Below, in pieces: positions 49,891 through 61,203 of a stretch of 64,000 nucleotides of DNA (position 1 is the stretch's first letter; every line of letters starts with the position of its first letter). A program made the position numbers and the translations under genes. The stretch comes from Squalus acanthias (lineage: Eukaryota), in assembly GCA_030390025.1 (NCBI GenBank), contig CM059432.1:112346001-112410000 (forward strand), given 5' to 3'. The notes under the pieces were generated by a model. It did not search any database and was not told the origin of the DNA. It was given only the letters and a program-made list of their open reading frames with translations.

Positions 49891-50595
49891 ATGGGCGGCC
49901 TGGTAGGCCTTCCTCTTGGAATTGAGCACGACTGGGAAAATGAAGAGAGGCCACGCAGAGCTGGACAAGTTGCTAGAAGAGGGAGGAAGAGAAGGGGGAG
50001 AAGGGCTCTCAGCAGAAGGCCATATCCACCGAGGGTCTTTAGGGAGCAATTCTCTTACCTCAACTTCAGCGAGGTCCAATGCTTAAGACGTCTTTGCTTC
50101 AGTAAAGAGGGTGTGACTGAAATCTGCCAACTGTTGCTGCCACAACTGCAACCTCAAAGACTACCTACTGGGCGTCAAGCATTATCCACTCATGACATGT
50201 TTCCGGTCTGGAGCCCACGCACACGTGCACAGCAGGCATACAATGAGAGCCATGCTGCCACAAAGAACGTTATAGAGCACACCATCAGCATCTAGCAATG
50301 CTTCCGCTGCCTGGACCGCTCTGGAGGAGCCCTGCAGTACTCAGCTGAGCGGGTATCAAGATTTGTGGTCGTATGCTGCACAACCTAGCCATTATGGGGA
50401 ACAGCCCTTGCCTCCACCTATCAGGCAAGAAGGTGAGGAGCTAGAGCACGAGCAAGAAGAGGAGGAGGAGGAAGTGGAGGAGAACGAAGTGCAATAGGAA
50501 TTGGAGGACCAGGAAGAGGAAGGGAGGCTACAACATAGACAGCCCTTTCTGCCCGGGCTCTACGTGATCAACTAATTAATGAGCGATACCAGTAA
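49891..50595 (+). pseudogene. Harbinger C transposase with the catalytic core deleted
   Basis: N-terminus matches copy B (RRPYPPRVFREQFSYL..EICQLLLPQLQP), then jumps at ~50159 to the GDKGY-equivalent region and YNESHAATKNVIEHTI. Confidence 0.88.
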
Positions 50596-50760
50596 TCTCA
50601 ATCACACTTCCCCATTCACCAACAGACCCACGCTCCTTACCTTTCCTCTATCACTGACCATCACATCTTTCCGACAACACACAAATAAAAAACACCAGAA
50701 AATGCACATTCCAATCCAAATTTATAAATTTAATCATGATATAATGCATACAAAAATAAA

Positions 50761-52610
50761 CTAATCACCCTTGTGTATTCCCTTAGTGCCTGTCTTCCGT
50801 GTGCCTTTGCCTCTCCTACGAGGTGCTTCCCCAGTGGCTGCAGCATGGGTGGTGGAAGGCAGCTGACCTCCATTTGAGGAGACTGCAGATGGCCTTGGAG
50901 GGCAACCTCGAGCAGCTCTGGGCCTAGAAGGCTCGGTTTCAGACAGCACCATTTCGGCCTGGACTGCAGCAGTCTGGGCTGGCTGGCTAACAGGCAACAG
51001 CAAGGGCACTGGCGGAGTGGCAGGAGTGGGAGCAGGAATGCTATGTTCTCGAGAGAGGAAAGAAGGTTTGTGCTCCAGATTGATGGACTGCTGTGACGCC
51101 CTGGAAGCCCCTTTGAACACTAGTATTCAGAGCCATGATGGCAGCAATCTGAGTTTGCATGGCAGCAATCTGAGTTTGCATGGCAGCAGTCTGAGCTTCC
51201 ACTGCAGCACTCAGACCTTTGATGGAAGCTGCTTGTGCTGCAATGGAAGCTGTGATATCGACCATCAGACTCTGCATCATGGTGGGTTCCACAGGTGTGC
51301 TGATGGAGGTAAACACCCGGTCCATGTTGGAAAGGATGGGCTCCAAGATCTGTACAAATCTCTGTGCCAAGTTGGTGCTGGACTCCTCCATGCTCCTTGA
51401 CATTGAGCGCAGGCTATCTAGCAGGTTTTCCAGTGCACCGAGCGTTTGGGTGTGTTCATCCATCAGCCTTCTTCTGCAGCCTGGCCCATCGAAGTCCTAA
51501 TATGACTCCTCTGCAGCAGAACTAGTGTGCGGCCTTGCCGTCCGGCGAGCTGGCACCTGCGCTGTTCTTTCCTACCCGCCCCCCCGCCCCCACCCTGGCT
51601 CCTGGGCACTTGTGCCCGGTGTCTCACCGTGTGCAGATCCCTCCTCTATCCCAGCCTCTAAAATATGCATATATCAGTCTCTGAGCTGCTGGCTGCAAGT
51701 GTAAGATCGAGTGACAGTGTCTCTTCATCTTCATTGTCTTCTTCCTCTTGACCATTGACTGGGAAGGCCTCAGTTCTTGGACATCTGAAATGAAAAAGGG
51801 AAAAGGTTTGGGGAGTGGTGTGGAGAGAGTAGAAAGTAAGAAATGTGTGCTTACACCATCTGCAGCTTCTAAGTCAGAAGATGTGGGATGAGGGAGATGT
51901 GGATGAGAGAAGGAGGATTAGGTATGTAGATACCCTCATCATCGATCGCTTCAGCCCCGCCATTTGCCACGGCCTCAGTGATGCCCCTTCCCATGACGGC
52001 CAGCGCTGTCTCCTCCATGGGAGTTAAAACTTGCAGGTGTGCTTGTCCTCCTCCTGTTCTTTCCTGCTGCCTGTTGTTATGCACCACCTTTCTCCTGCAA
52101 GAAAGAGGGAAGTGTGTCAGTGAGTGTCGTGCAATATGTTTGGGTGATGTGGCTGTCATGGTTGAATAGCTGCCAGTGTGTGCGAACTGTGAATTGTGGG
52201 TGTGAGGCTTGCAATAGTGCTAAGTTTGTGAGGGTGAGGTAAAGCATATGAATTGAGGTGTTGAGTACTGATTGATGTAGATAGTTGGTAGCTGGGTAAT
52301 GGGGGTGTCGTGAATTGAGCAGTGGATGAGACTAGTGATGCAGTTGGTAGGATACGGCATTTGAAGATTAACTCACTCACCTTGACAACTCGTGTGAGAT
52401 CGTTAAACTTCTTCCTGCACTGCATCCATGTTCTTGGAGCAACACTCCTGGCATTGACCTACTTGTTCCCACTGCCTCATGAGCATGTCTGGAGGGCCTC
52501 CTGCCCCCCTGTGGATACAGGACGTCGATCCTTCTTTATACCTCTTCTACCAAGACCTCCAGTGCAGTGTCTGAGAACCTTGGTGCACGCTGTTCCACAT
52601 GCTCAGCCAT
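50761..52610 (-). pseudogene. Harbinger C Myb/SANT gene, 3 exons (52610-52381, 52094-~51934, 51784-50761), decayed
   Basis: MAEHVEQRAPRFSDTALEVLVEEV..RTWMQCRKKFNDLTRVVK|GTGAGT; TTCTTGCAG acceptor; RQQERTGGG..LTPMEE; TTTCATTTCAG acceptor; ends GTKGIHKGD-stop. Confidence 0.85.
51137..51200 (-). repeat. 21-bp tandem repeat encoding heptads (AAMQTQI)
   Basis: ATGGCAGCA(A/G)TCTGAG repeated three times at 21-bp period on the + strand. Confidence 0.85.
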
Positions 52611-54294
52611 TGCTCAAAATATCACAGCACAGATTCAGTTTTCAGATGACTCCCACCACTTCTTGCAGCCATTAGGAGGTGCAGGCTGCCTTTAAGTAGC
52701 ACTATCCACTCGCGTTATGGGGCCCCCTGCTGATGCACGCAGCAATCATGTAAAGCAGCAGGCACCACAAATTTACTGTGCTACCTGCAATGCAATGAAC
52801 GGGTGCGGGTTAGCCAATTTCTCTCCCATTGCCTCAGTTGACACTATGCATAACGCAACCAGTGAAACACGAGGAAGGTACACATGGTAGAAATATCCAT
52901 TATTTAGAGGACCCTTGGCACCCTGAAAATACATTTCAGTTGTTTCAATCTTATCAAGGATATTTAGGGATGGCAGTGCAGATGGTGTGCTGCAACTGCA
53001 GCATGTAGGAGTTTGTGGAGAGCAGCGTGATCCCGGACCATCACGACTTCAGTAACTATTTGCATCTCGAGGAACTTCAGCTCAGAGTTGTTGAGCTGAA
53101 ATCTGAGGTGCAGACATTGCGGGGCATCAGGGAGGGGGAGAGTTACCTGGACACTTTGATACAGGAGGCAGTCACACCCCTTAGTTTAGGTAGTGGTACA
53201 GGTCTGGTTAGTGATCAGGGACAGGAGGGTGTGACTACGACTCAGGCAGGTAAAGGCACCCCAGGTGTAGTGCTGGAGGAGCCTCGGCCTTTGCCCTTAT
53301 CCAACAGGTATGAGGTTCTTGCTGCCTGCGTGGATGAGGGCAAAGTCTGTAGGATGAATGAGCAGACTGACCACAGCACCATGGTACAGGAGGTCATTCA
53401 AGTGGGGGGAGTGAAAAGGAATGTTGTAGTGGGAGGGGACAGTATAGTCAGGGGGATAGATACTGTTTTCTGCGGCCAGTTCCGAAGGCTGTGTTGCCTG
53501 CTAGGGTTAAGGGTATCTCCTCATGGCTGGAGAAGAACTTGGAGTGGGAGGGGGAGGATCCGGTTGTCATGGTCCACATAGGAACCAATGACATAGGTAG
53601 AACTAGGAATGAGGTTCTGCTGAGAGAATTTGAGGAGATAGGGTCCAAATTAAAACGCTGGAAGGCAATGCCTCAAAGGTAATAATCTCTGGATTGTTAC
53701 CTGAGCCACATGCAAGTTGGCATAGTGACAAACAGATTAGAAGGTTAAATGCGTGGCTAAAAGAGTGGTGTGGGAGGCAGGGGTTTCAATTCATGGGGCA
53801 GTGGCACCAGTACAGGGGAAAGAGGGAGTTTCTGTTGCAATGGGCACCACTTAAACCAGGCAGGGACCAGTGACCTGGCGAATTGAATAACTAGGACGGT
53901 AGATAGGGCTTTAAACTAATGAAGGTGGAGTTGGGAGAATTCAGGAAAGGGTAAATTTAAAGCAGTCAGAGAAATGTCAAGGTTGTAGAGCAGAGTAGTG
54001 ATTTGGGTAAAAATAAGCAGAGTGGGTCAGGAAGGGACAGAGAGCTTAACAAAGGGGAAAATAGTAAAAAGTTAAAGCTTAAGACACTGTATCTGAATGC
54101 GTGAAGCATTCACAACAAAATAGATGAATTAATAACACAGATAGAAATAAATAGGTTTCATTTCATAGCCATTATGGAGACGTGGTTGCAGAGTGACCAT
54201 AGTTGGAAACTAAATATTCCAGGATACTTGAAACAACAATAGAAAATGCTGGAAACACTCAGCGGGTCAGGCAGCATCGTGGAGAGAGAAACAG

Positions 54295-55084
54295 AGTTAA
54301 CGGGCCAAAAATTGATCCCGGGACGCGAGAGTACGCACTGCATACTCTCGCGTATTCCCACTCCAATTGCCGGTTTTCTGCATGCCCTGCGCATGCGCTG
54401 AAAACCGGCAATTGCTCTTCTGAAAAGGGGGCGGGGCCTGGGTGCATCGCGTGCGCGCTACAGGCTGCGCGCACGCTGTGCACTTCATGCTTTGGACGCG
54501 CAGGTAAGTAGGGAAGATTTTGGAAATGTAAAAAGGAGGAGTAAGACCCGCTTTTAAGAAGGTAAGTAGTGAATTAAGTATTTTTTTGAATTTTTTTTTT
54601 ACAGGTATATCTTTTTTATAGACTTTAAAGACAGGTAAGTTTATTTTTATAACTTTTTAAAAGATTTTAAATTTTTTCAAAAATTTAATTTTTTATTTAA
54701 AATGGTTAATTTAATTAACTACTGTATACTTATTTTATTAATGTGATGGTTTTTTTTTTAAATTTAATTGAGGTTTAGCTGTTATTTTGGGGGTGTGTAA
54801 GATTCATAGATTTCACAGCTATGCTGTGAGACTTATGAATGGAAGATGGTGTGCTGCCATTGGCTCTAACTGAGTCACGTGATCCCACAGCTCGCACGAA
54901 TTCACTACGCCGCTGGGATACGCAAGCCCAGCACAGCTGATGTCTGGAACATCAAGTTCGTGCGAGCTGGATCAGAAAAAGCATAAGCGAGGTGAGACAT
55001 CGCGGGGAAGGCTTACCCCCGCGGGAACAGAGCGAGATCAATTTCTGGGCCAATGTTTCAGCTCGATGACCCTTCGTCAGAACT
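54295..55084 (-). ncRNA. Minimal type I hammerhead ribozyme motif in the Penelope 3' repeat, split by a MITE
   Basis: Minus strand reads AGTT-CTGACGA-AGGGTCATCGAGCT-GAAAC-[ATT+MITE]-GTT-AACT: conserved core, stem I AGTT/AACT, weakened stem II, GUU triplet. Confidence 0.75.
54302..55051. mobile_element. 750-bp Harbinger-type MITE
   Basis: TIRs GGGCCAAAAATTGATC / GATCAATTTCTGGGCC (14/16); 3-bp flanks AAC/AAT; its removal restores contiguous Penelope sequence. Confidence 0.9.
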
Positions 55085-57323
55085 GGAAAAGGTTGGAGAA
55101 GTAACAGATTTTTAAGCAAGTATAGGGGCAGGGAAAGGGAGGAGGGGAGGAAAGAACAAAGTGAAGGTCTGTGATAGGATGGAAGGCAGGAGAGATTAAA
55201 AGACAAAATGGATAATGGTGCAAGGCAAAAGGAGATGGTAATGGGACAAGTTAAGAAACAAAAGATGACTCTAGATGAGGTGTAAATGGCAATGGCAGAA
55301 TCATCAACAGCTGCCAAGTGAGTGAGAAAAAAAAACATGGGGTCAAGGTTATAGTCTGAAATTGTTGAACTCGATGTTGAGTTCAGAAGGCTGTAAAGTG
55401 CCTAGTCGAAAGATGAGGTGCTGTTCCTCGAGCTTACGTTGATCTTCGTTGGAACAGAGTAAGAGACCGAGAATGGAGAGATCAGAGTGGGAGTGGAGCG
55501 GAGAATTAAAGTGACAGGTGACTGGAAGCTCGTGGGCATGCTTACAGGCTGAACGGAAGTGTTCCGCATAGTGGTCACCCAATCTGCGTTTGGTCTTCCC
55601 AATGTAGAGGAGACCGCATCGTGAGCAGCGAATACAGTATACTAAATTGCAAGAAGTACAAGTAAATCACTGTTTCACCTGGAAGGAGTGTTTGGGGCCC
55701 TGGACAGTGGGAAGGGAGGAGGTAAAAGGGCAGGTGTTGCATTTCCTGCGCTTGCCCGAGAAGATGCTGTGGGAAGGGGAAGGGGTGTTGGGGATGATAG
55801 AGGAGTGGACCAGGGTGTCGCGGAGGGAGCAGTCCCTTCGAAATGTGTTTGGTGGTGGGATCACTGGAAGTGGTGGAAATGGTGGAAGATGATCCATTGA
55901 ATGTGGAGGCTGGTGGGGTGAAAAGTGAGGAGAAGGGGAACCCTGTCGTAGTTCTGGGAGGGAGGGGAAGGGGTGAGAGTAGAAGTGCGGGAAATGCAAT
56001 GGACACAGTCGAGGGCCCTGTCAAGCATGGTAGAGGGGAATCCTTGGTTGAAGAAAAAGGAAGACATATCGGAAGCACTAGTATGGAAGGTGACATTGTC
56101 AGAACAGATGCAGCGGAGACAGAGAAACTGGGAGAATGGAATAGAGTCCTTACAGGAAGCGGGGTGGGAGGAAGTGTAGTCCAGGTAGCTGTGGAAGTCA
56201 GTGGGCTTATAGTGGATGTTTGTCGATAGCCTATCCCCAGAAATGGAGACAGAGAATTCGAGGAAGGAAAGGGAAGTGTCGGAGATGGACCATGTGAAGG
56301 TGAGGGAAGGGTGGAAATTGGAAGCAAAATGAATGAAATTTTCGAGTTCAGGGCGAGAGCAGGAAACGGCACCGATACAGTCATCAATGTACTGGAAAAA
56401 GAGGTGAGGGAGGGGACTTGAGTAGGACTGGAACAAAGAATGTTCCACATATCCCACGAAAAGACAGGAATCGCTAGGGCCCATGCGGGTTTCCATAGCA
56501 ACACCTTTAATTTGGAGGAAGTGAGTGGAGTCAAAGGAGAAGTTGTTCAATGTGAGAACAAGTTCAATCAGGCGGAAGAGGGTGGTGGTGGATGGGGACT
56601 GGTTGGGCCTCTGTTCAAGGAAGAAGCGGAGCTCCCTCAGGCCGTCCTGGTGGGGGATGGAGGTGTAGAGGGATTGGACATCCATAGTGAAAGAGAGACG
56701 GTTGGGGCCAGGAAACTGGAAACTGTTAAAAGTGGCGGAGGGCGTCGGAAGAGTCGCGAATGTAGGTGGGAAGAGACTGGACAAGGGGAGCCCTGTTTGT
56801 GGATCTTGGGAAGGAGGTAGAAGCGGGCTGTGTGGGGTTGGTGGATTATGAGGTTGACAGCCATGAAGGGAAGATCTCCAGAGGAGATGAGGTCAGTGAC
56901 AGTCTTGGAAACAATGGCTTGATGTTTAGTATTGGGGTCATGGTCCAGGGGGAGGTAGGAGGAGGTGTCAGAGAGTTGCAGTTCAGCCTCCGCACGGTAG
57001 AGGTCGGTTCACCAAACAGCAACGGCACCACCCTTGTCTGCACGTTTAACAACAATATTAGAGTTGGATCGGAGAGAACGGAGTTCTGCAAGTTCAGAGG
57101 GAGGTAGGTTGGAGTGAGTGAGGGGAGCAGAGAAATTGAGATGGCCGATGTCACGCCAGCAGTTAGCAATGAAAAGATCTAGAGAGGGTAAGAGGCCAGC
57201 GGGAGAGGTCCAGGTAGAATGAGAATTCTGAAAGCGGGAGAAAGAGTCCACTGTGCGGGGGGAAGACTCCTGGCCAGGATACTTGACTTTTAGAAGAGAT
57301 AGGCAGAATGCAAAAGGAGGGGG

Positions 57324-57371
57324 TTGACCTGATAATAAAGGATGGGATTGACCTGATAATAAAGGATGGGA
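57324..57371 (+). repeat. Perfect 24-bp tandem duplication in CR1
   Basis: TTGACCTGATAATAAAGGATGGGA x2. Confidence 0.95.
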
Positions 57372-57390
57372 TAAAGACAGTAGAGAGAAA

Positions 57391-57419
57391 GGGGGAAAAA
57401 TTGGGTTGATTTGCACCTC
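57391..57419 (+). mobile_element. MITE terminal stub
   Basis: GGGGGAAAAATTGGGTTGATTTGCACCTC matches the complement of 13480-13509 at about 25/30 positions. Confidence 0.55.
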
Positions 57420-58369
57420 ACCAATGACCTTCCCTCCATCATAAGGTCCGAAATGGGGATGTTCACTGATGATTGCACAGTGTTCAGTTCCATTCACAAC
57501 TCCACAGATAATGAAGCAGTCCATGCCCGCATGCAACAAGACCTGTATGACATTCAGGCTTGGGCTGATAAGTGGCAAATAACATTTGCACCACACAAGT
57601 GCCAGGCAATGACTATCTCCAACAAGAGAGCGTCTAACCACTGCCCTTTGACATTCAACTGCATTGCAATCGCTGAATCCCCCAACATCAACATCCTGGG
57701 TGTCACCATTGACCAGAAACTTAACTGGACCAGCCACATAAATACTGTGGCAACAAGAGCAGGTCACAGGCTGGGTATTCTGCAGCGAGTGTCTCACCTC
57801 CTGACTCCCCAAAGCCTTTCCATCATCTACATGGCACAAGTCAGGAGTGTGATGTAATACTCTCTACTTGCCTGGGTGAGTGTAGCTCCAACAACACTCA
57901 AGAAGCTCAACACCACCCAGGACAAAGCAGCCCGCTTGATTGGCACCCCATCCACTACCTTAAACATTCACTCCCTCCACCACCGGCATACCATGGCTGC
58001 AGTGTGTACCATCTACACGATGCACTGCAGCAACTCGTCAAGGCTTTTTCAACAGCACCTCCCAAACCCGCGACCTCTTCCGCCTAGAAGAACAAGGGCA
58101 GCAGGCGCATGGGAACAGCATCACCTGCTAGTTCCCCTCCAAGTCACACACTATCCTGACTGGGAAATATATCGCCGTTCCTTCATCGTCGCTGGGTCAA
58201 AATCCTGGAACTCCCTCCCTAACAGCACTGTGGGAGCACCTTCACCACACGGACTGCAGGGGTTCAAGGAGGTGGCTCAGCCCCACCTTCTCGAGGGCAA
58301 TTTAGGGATGGGCAATAAATGCTGGCCTTGCCAGCGACGCCCACATCCCATGAACGAATGAAACAAAAA
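57418..58369 (+). mobile_element. Zenon-like LINE 3' fragment
   Basis: NDLP..MFTDD, WADKWQITF, ILGVTIDQKLNW; same family and tail as 29047-31436. Confidence 0.92.
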
Positions 58370-60756
58370 GGTAATAGCAGAGACATTAAACAAATAATTT
58401 GTATCTGTCTTCACGGAGGAAGACACAGAAAACATTCCAGAAACAGTGGGCAACCAAGGGTCCAGTGAAAATGAGGAACTGAAAGAAATTAGTATTAGTA
58501 AAGAAATAGTACTGGGGAAATTAATGGGCCTAAAAGCTGATAAGTCTCCTGGACCTGATGGCATACATCCTCGGGTTTTAAAAGAGGTGGCTGCAGAGAT
58601 AGTGGATGCATTGGTTATCATCTTCCAGAGGGAGCGAGAAAACGGGGAACTATAGACCAGTTAGCCTGACATCAGTTGTAGGGAAAATGCTGGAATCTAT
58701 TATTAGGGACGTGGTAACAGGGCACTTAGAAAATCATGATATGATTGGGCAGAGTCAACGCGGATTTATGAAAGGGAAATCATTTTTGACAAATCTGTTA
58801 GAGTCTTTTGAGGTTGTAACTAGCAGAGTAGATAAGGGGGAACCAATGGATGTGGTGTATTTGGATTTTCGGAAAGCATTCGATAAGTTGTCACACAAGA
58901 GGTTATTACACAAAATTAGGGCACATGGGATGGGGCTAATGTATTTGCATGGATTGAGGATTGGTTAACGGACAGAAGACAGAGAGTAGGAATAAACGGG
59001 TCATTTTCTGGTTGGCAGGCTGTAGCTAGTGGGGTACCTCAAGGATCACTGCTTGGGCCTCAGCTATTTACAATCTATATCAATGACTTAGATGAAGGGA
59101 CTGAGTGTAATGTATCCAAGTTTGCTGACGATATAAAGCTAGGTGGGAAAGTAAGTTGTGAGGAGAATGCAAAGAGGCCGCAAAGGCATATAGATAGGTT
59201 AAGTGATTGGTCAAGAACATGGCAGATGGGGTATAATGTGGGGAAATGTGTAGTTGCCCACTTTGGTAGGAAAAATAGCAAAGCGGAGTACTTTTTAAAT
59301 GGTGAGAGATTGGGTAATGTTGGTGTTCAGAGGGACCTGGGTGTCCTTGTACACGAATCACTGAAAGTTAACATGCAGGTACAGCAAGCAATTAGGAAAG
59401 CAAATGGTATGTTAGCCTTTATTACAAAAGGATTGGAGTATAAGAGTAAACATGTCTTACTGCAATTATATAGAGCCTTGGTGAGACCATACCTGAAGTA
59501 CTGTGTACAGTATTGGTCTCCTTACCTAAGGAAGGATATACTTGCCATAGAGGGAGTGCAACGAAGGTTCACCAGACTGATTCCTGGGATGAGGGGATTG
59601 TCCTATGAGGAGAGAGGCCTATATTCTCTGGAATTTAGAAGAATGAGACGTGATCTCATTGAAACATATAAAAAATCTTACAGGGCTTGACATAGTAGAT
59701 GCTGGGAGGATGTTTCCCCTGGCTGGGGAGTCTAGAACCAGGGGTCACAGTCTCAGTATAAGGGGTCGGCCATTTAGGACTAAGATGTGGAGAAATTTCT
59801 TCACCAAAGGGTTGTGAATCTTTGGAATTCTCTACCCCAGAGGGCTGTGGGTGCTCAGTCGTTGAGTATATTCAAGACAGAGATCGATAGATTTTTGAAT
59901 ATTAGGGGAATCAAGGGATATGGGGATAGTGCGGGAAGGTGGAGTTGAGGTAGAATGTCAGTCATCATCTTATTGATTTGTGGAGCAGGCTCGAACGGCA
60001 GAATGGCCTACTGCTCCTATTTCTTATGTTCTTAATCTGATCAAAAACTATAATGTACTCCAGAAATGTACAGTAAATGATTTTTTACATTGGCTTGATT
60101 TCAACCTTGTCTCCTCCCATGATAAGTGAGGACTGAGATAAAAACCCAGATCTCCTCTTTGGCAGTTTAACTTTACCAGGCTGCTCATAATGACGTATTT
60201 ATGTATATAACCACAAATGCTGGTTAACTGAGCATAGGTGATTAGTTCCACTGAATCAACAGGGATTTTACCTTACACCCCTGAGTCTGACTAGCAGCTG
60301 GTAGCAGGCAATAAATGTAATTTTGAGTTTGAAGTATTGGACAGACTTTCTTCTGATGAGCCTGAAGCCCTAATTACAAGAACATGTTTTGTTCATAAGG
60401 TCTTCTACTTTGTATTTAATTTAACTATTTGAACTTTGCATTATACTTTTAAACTTGGATTTAGTTTTCTATTGTAAGTTCTATAAATTGCCAGCAAGCA
60501 TATTTGGCAATGTATAGAATATCTCCCTTTAGATTCCCATGACATCAGTGATGCTTCGTCGAAGCAAACTCTACTGCTATTCGGGAAAAACTTAGACCTG
60601 TGGACTTCATAGACGATTCTAGTTCTCTGTGATCAGAGACCTAGAAGCTGATACCTCTTAACTTGCACTGCAGAAATTATGTTAGCTGACAAATTAATAA
60701 GTATTAACACCATTCTTTCTTTCTACCTTTCATTCTACCTTTCTTTCTTTCTACCT

Positions 60757-61203
60757 GACTCAGTTGGTAGCACACTCGCCTCTGAGTCAGAAGGTTGTGG
60801 GTTCAAGTCCCACTCCAGGGACTTGAGCATATAAAGCTAGGCTGACGCTCCAGTGAGGGAGCGCTGTACTGTCGGAGGTGCCGTCTTTCAGATGAGATGT
60901 TAAACCGAGGCCCCGTCTGCCCTCTCAGGTGGACGTAAAAGATCCCATGGCACTATTTTGAAGAAGAGCAGGGGAGTTATCCCTGGTGTTTTGGCCAATA
61001 TTTATCCCTCAATCAACATCACTAAAAACAGGTCATCTGGTCATTATCACATTGCTGTTTGTGGGAGCTTGCTGTGCGCAAATTGGCTGCCGTGTTTCCC
61101 ACATTACAACAGTGACTCCACTTCAACAGTACTTAATTGGCTGTAAAGCGCTTTGAGACGTCCGGTGGTCGTGAAAGGCGCTATAGAAATGTAAATCTTT
61201 TTT
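60757..61203 (+). mobile_element. Near-complete Deu-domain SINE (SacSINE1/AmnSINE1-related)
   Basis: tRNA-like head (CTCAGTTGG..GGTTCAAGTCCC), Deu core (TAAACCGAGGCCCCGTCTGCCCTCTCAGGTGGACGTAAAAGATCCCATGGCAC), L2-type tail; CTTTCTTTCTACCT on both flanks (60743-60756, 61206-61219; low complexity). Confidence 0.88.

Larger units (their letters stand above)
46495..52930. mobile_element. PIF/Harbinger transposon copy C with nested RTE; ends approximate, and 46495-46705 may be a separate related end
   Basis: 46706-46990 is colinear with 32920-33075 + 33764-33880; transposase (+) and Myb gene (-) are convergent. Confidence 0.85.
54232..57273 (-). mobile_element. Penelope-like retroelement (RT + GIY-YIG endonuclease), 5'-truncated
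   Basis: ARFYLLPKIHK, TMDVQSLYTSIP, QIKGVAM, QYIDD, YKPTD..YL, C..C, EH..HFN..RKLEEQHLIFRLGTLQP.ELN; 13-bp TSD CCAGGATACTTGA at 54219-54231 and 57274-57286. Confidence 0.95.
52965..60033 (+). mobile_element. CR1 LINE in pieces (52965-54231 ORF1 + EN start; 57274-57390; 58370-60033 RT + 3' UTR)
   Basis: ORF1 (LSNRYEVL, GDSIVRG, HIGTND); the EN sequence continues across the Penelope TSD; RT motifs after 58370. The last piece could be a separate copy. Confidence 0.88.

Noticed and set aside
55575..57839. Long alternative-frame and antisense ORFs (319 aa, 276 aa)
   Set aside because: Shadow frames of Penelope and LINE coding sequence that cross element junctions.
60757..60820. tRNA gene (also 31580-31670)
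   Set aside because: A and B boxes are present but there is no convincing cloverleaf; both continue into SINE bodies.
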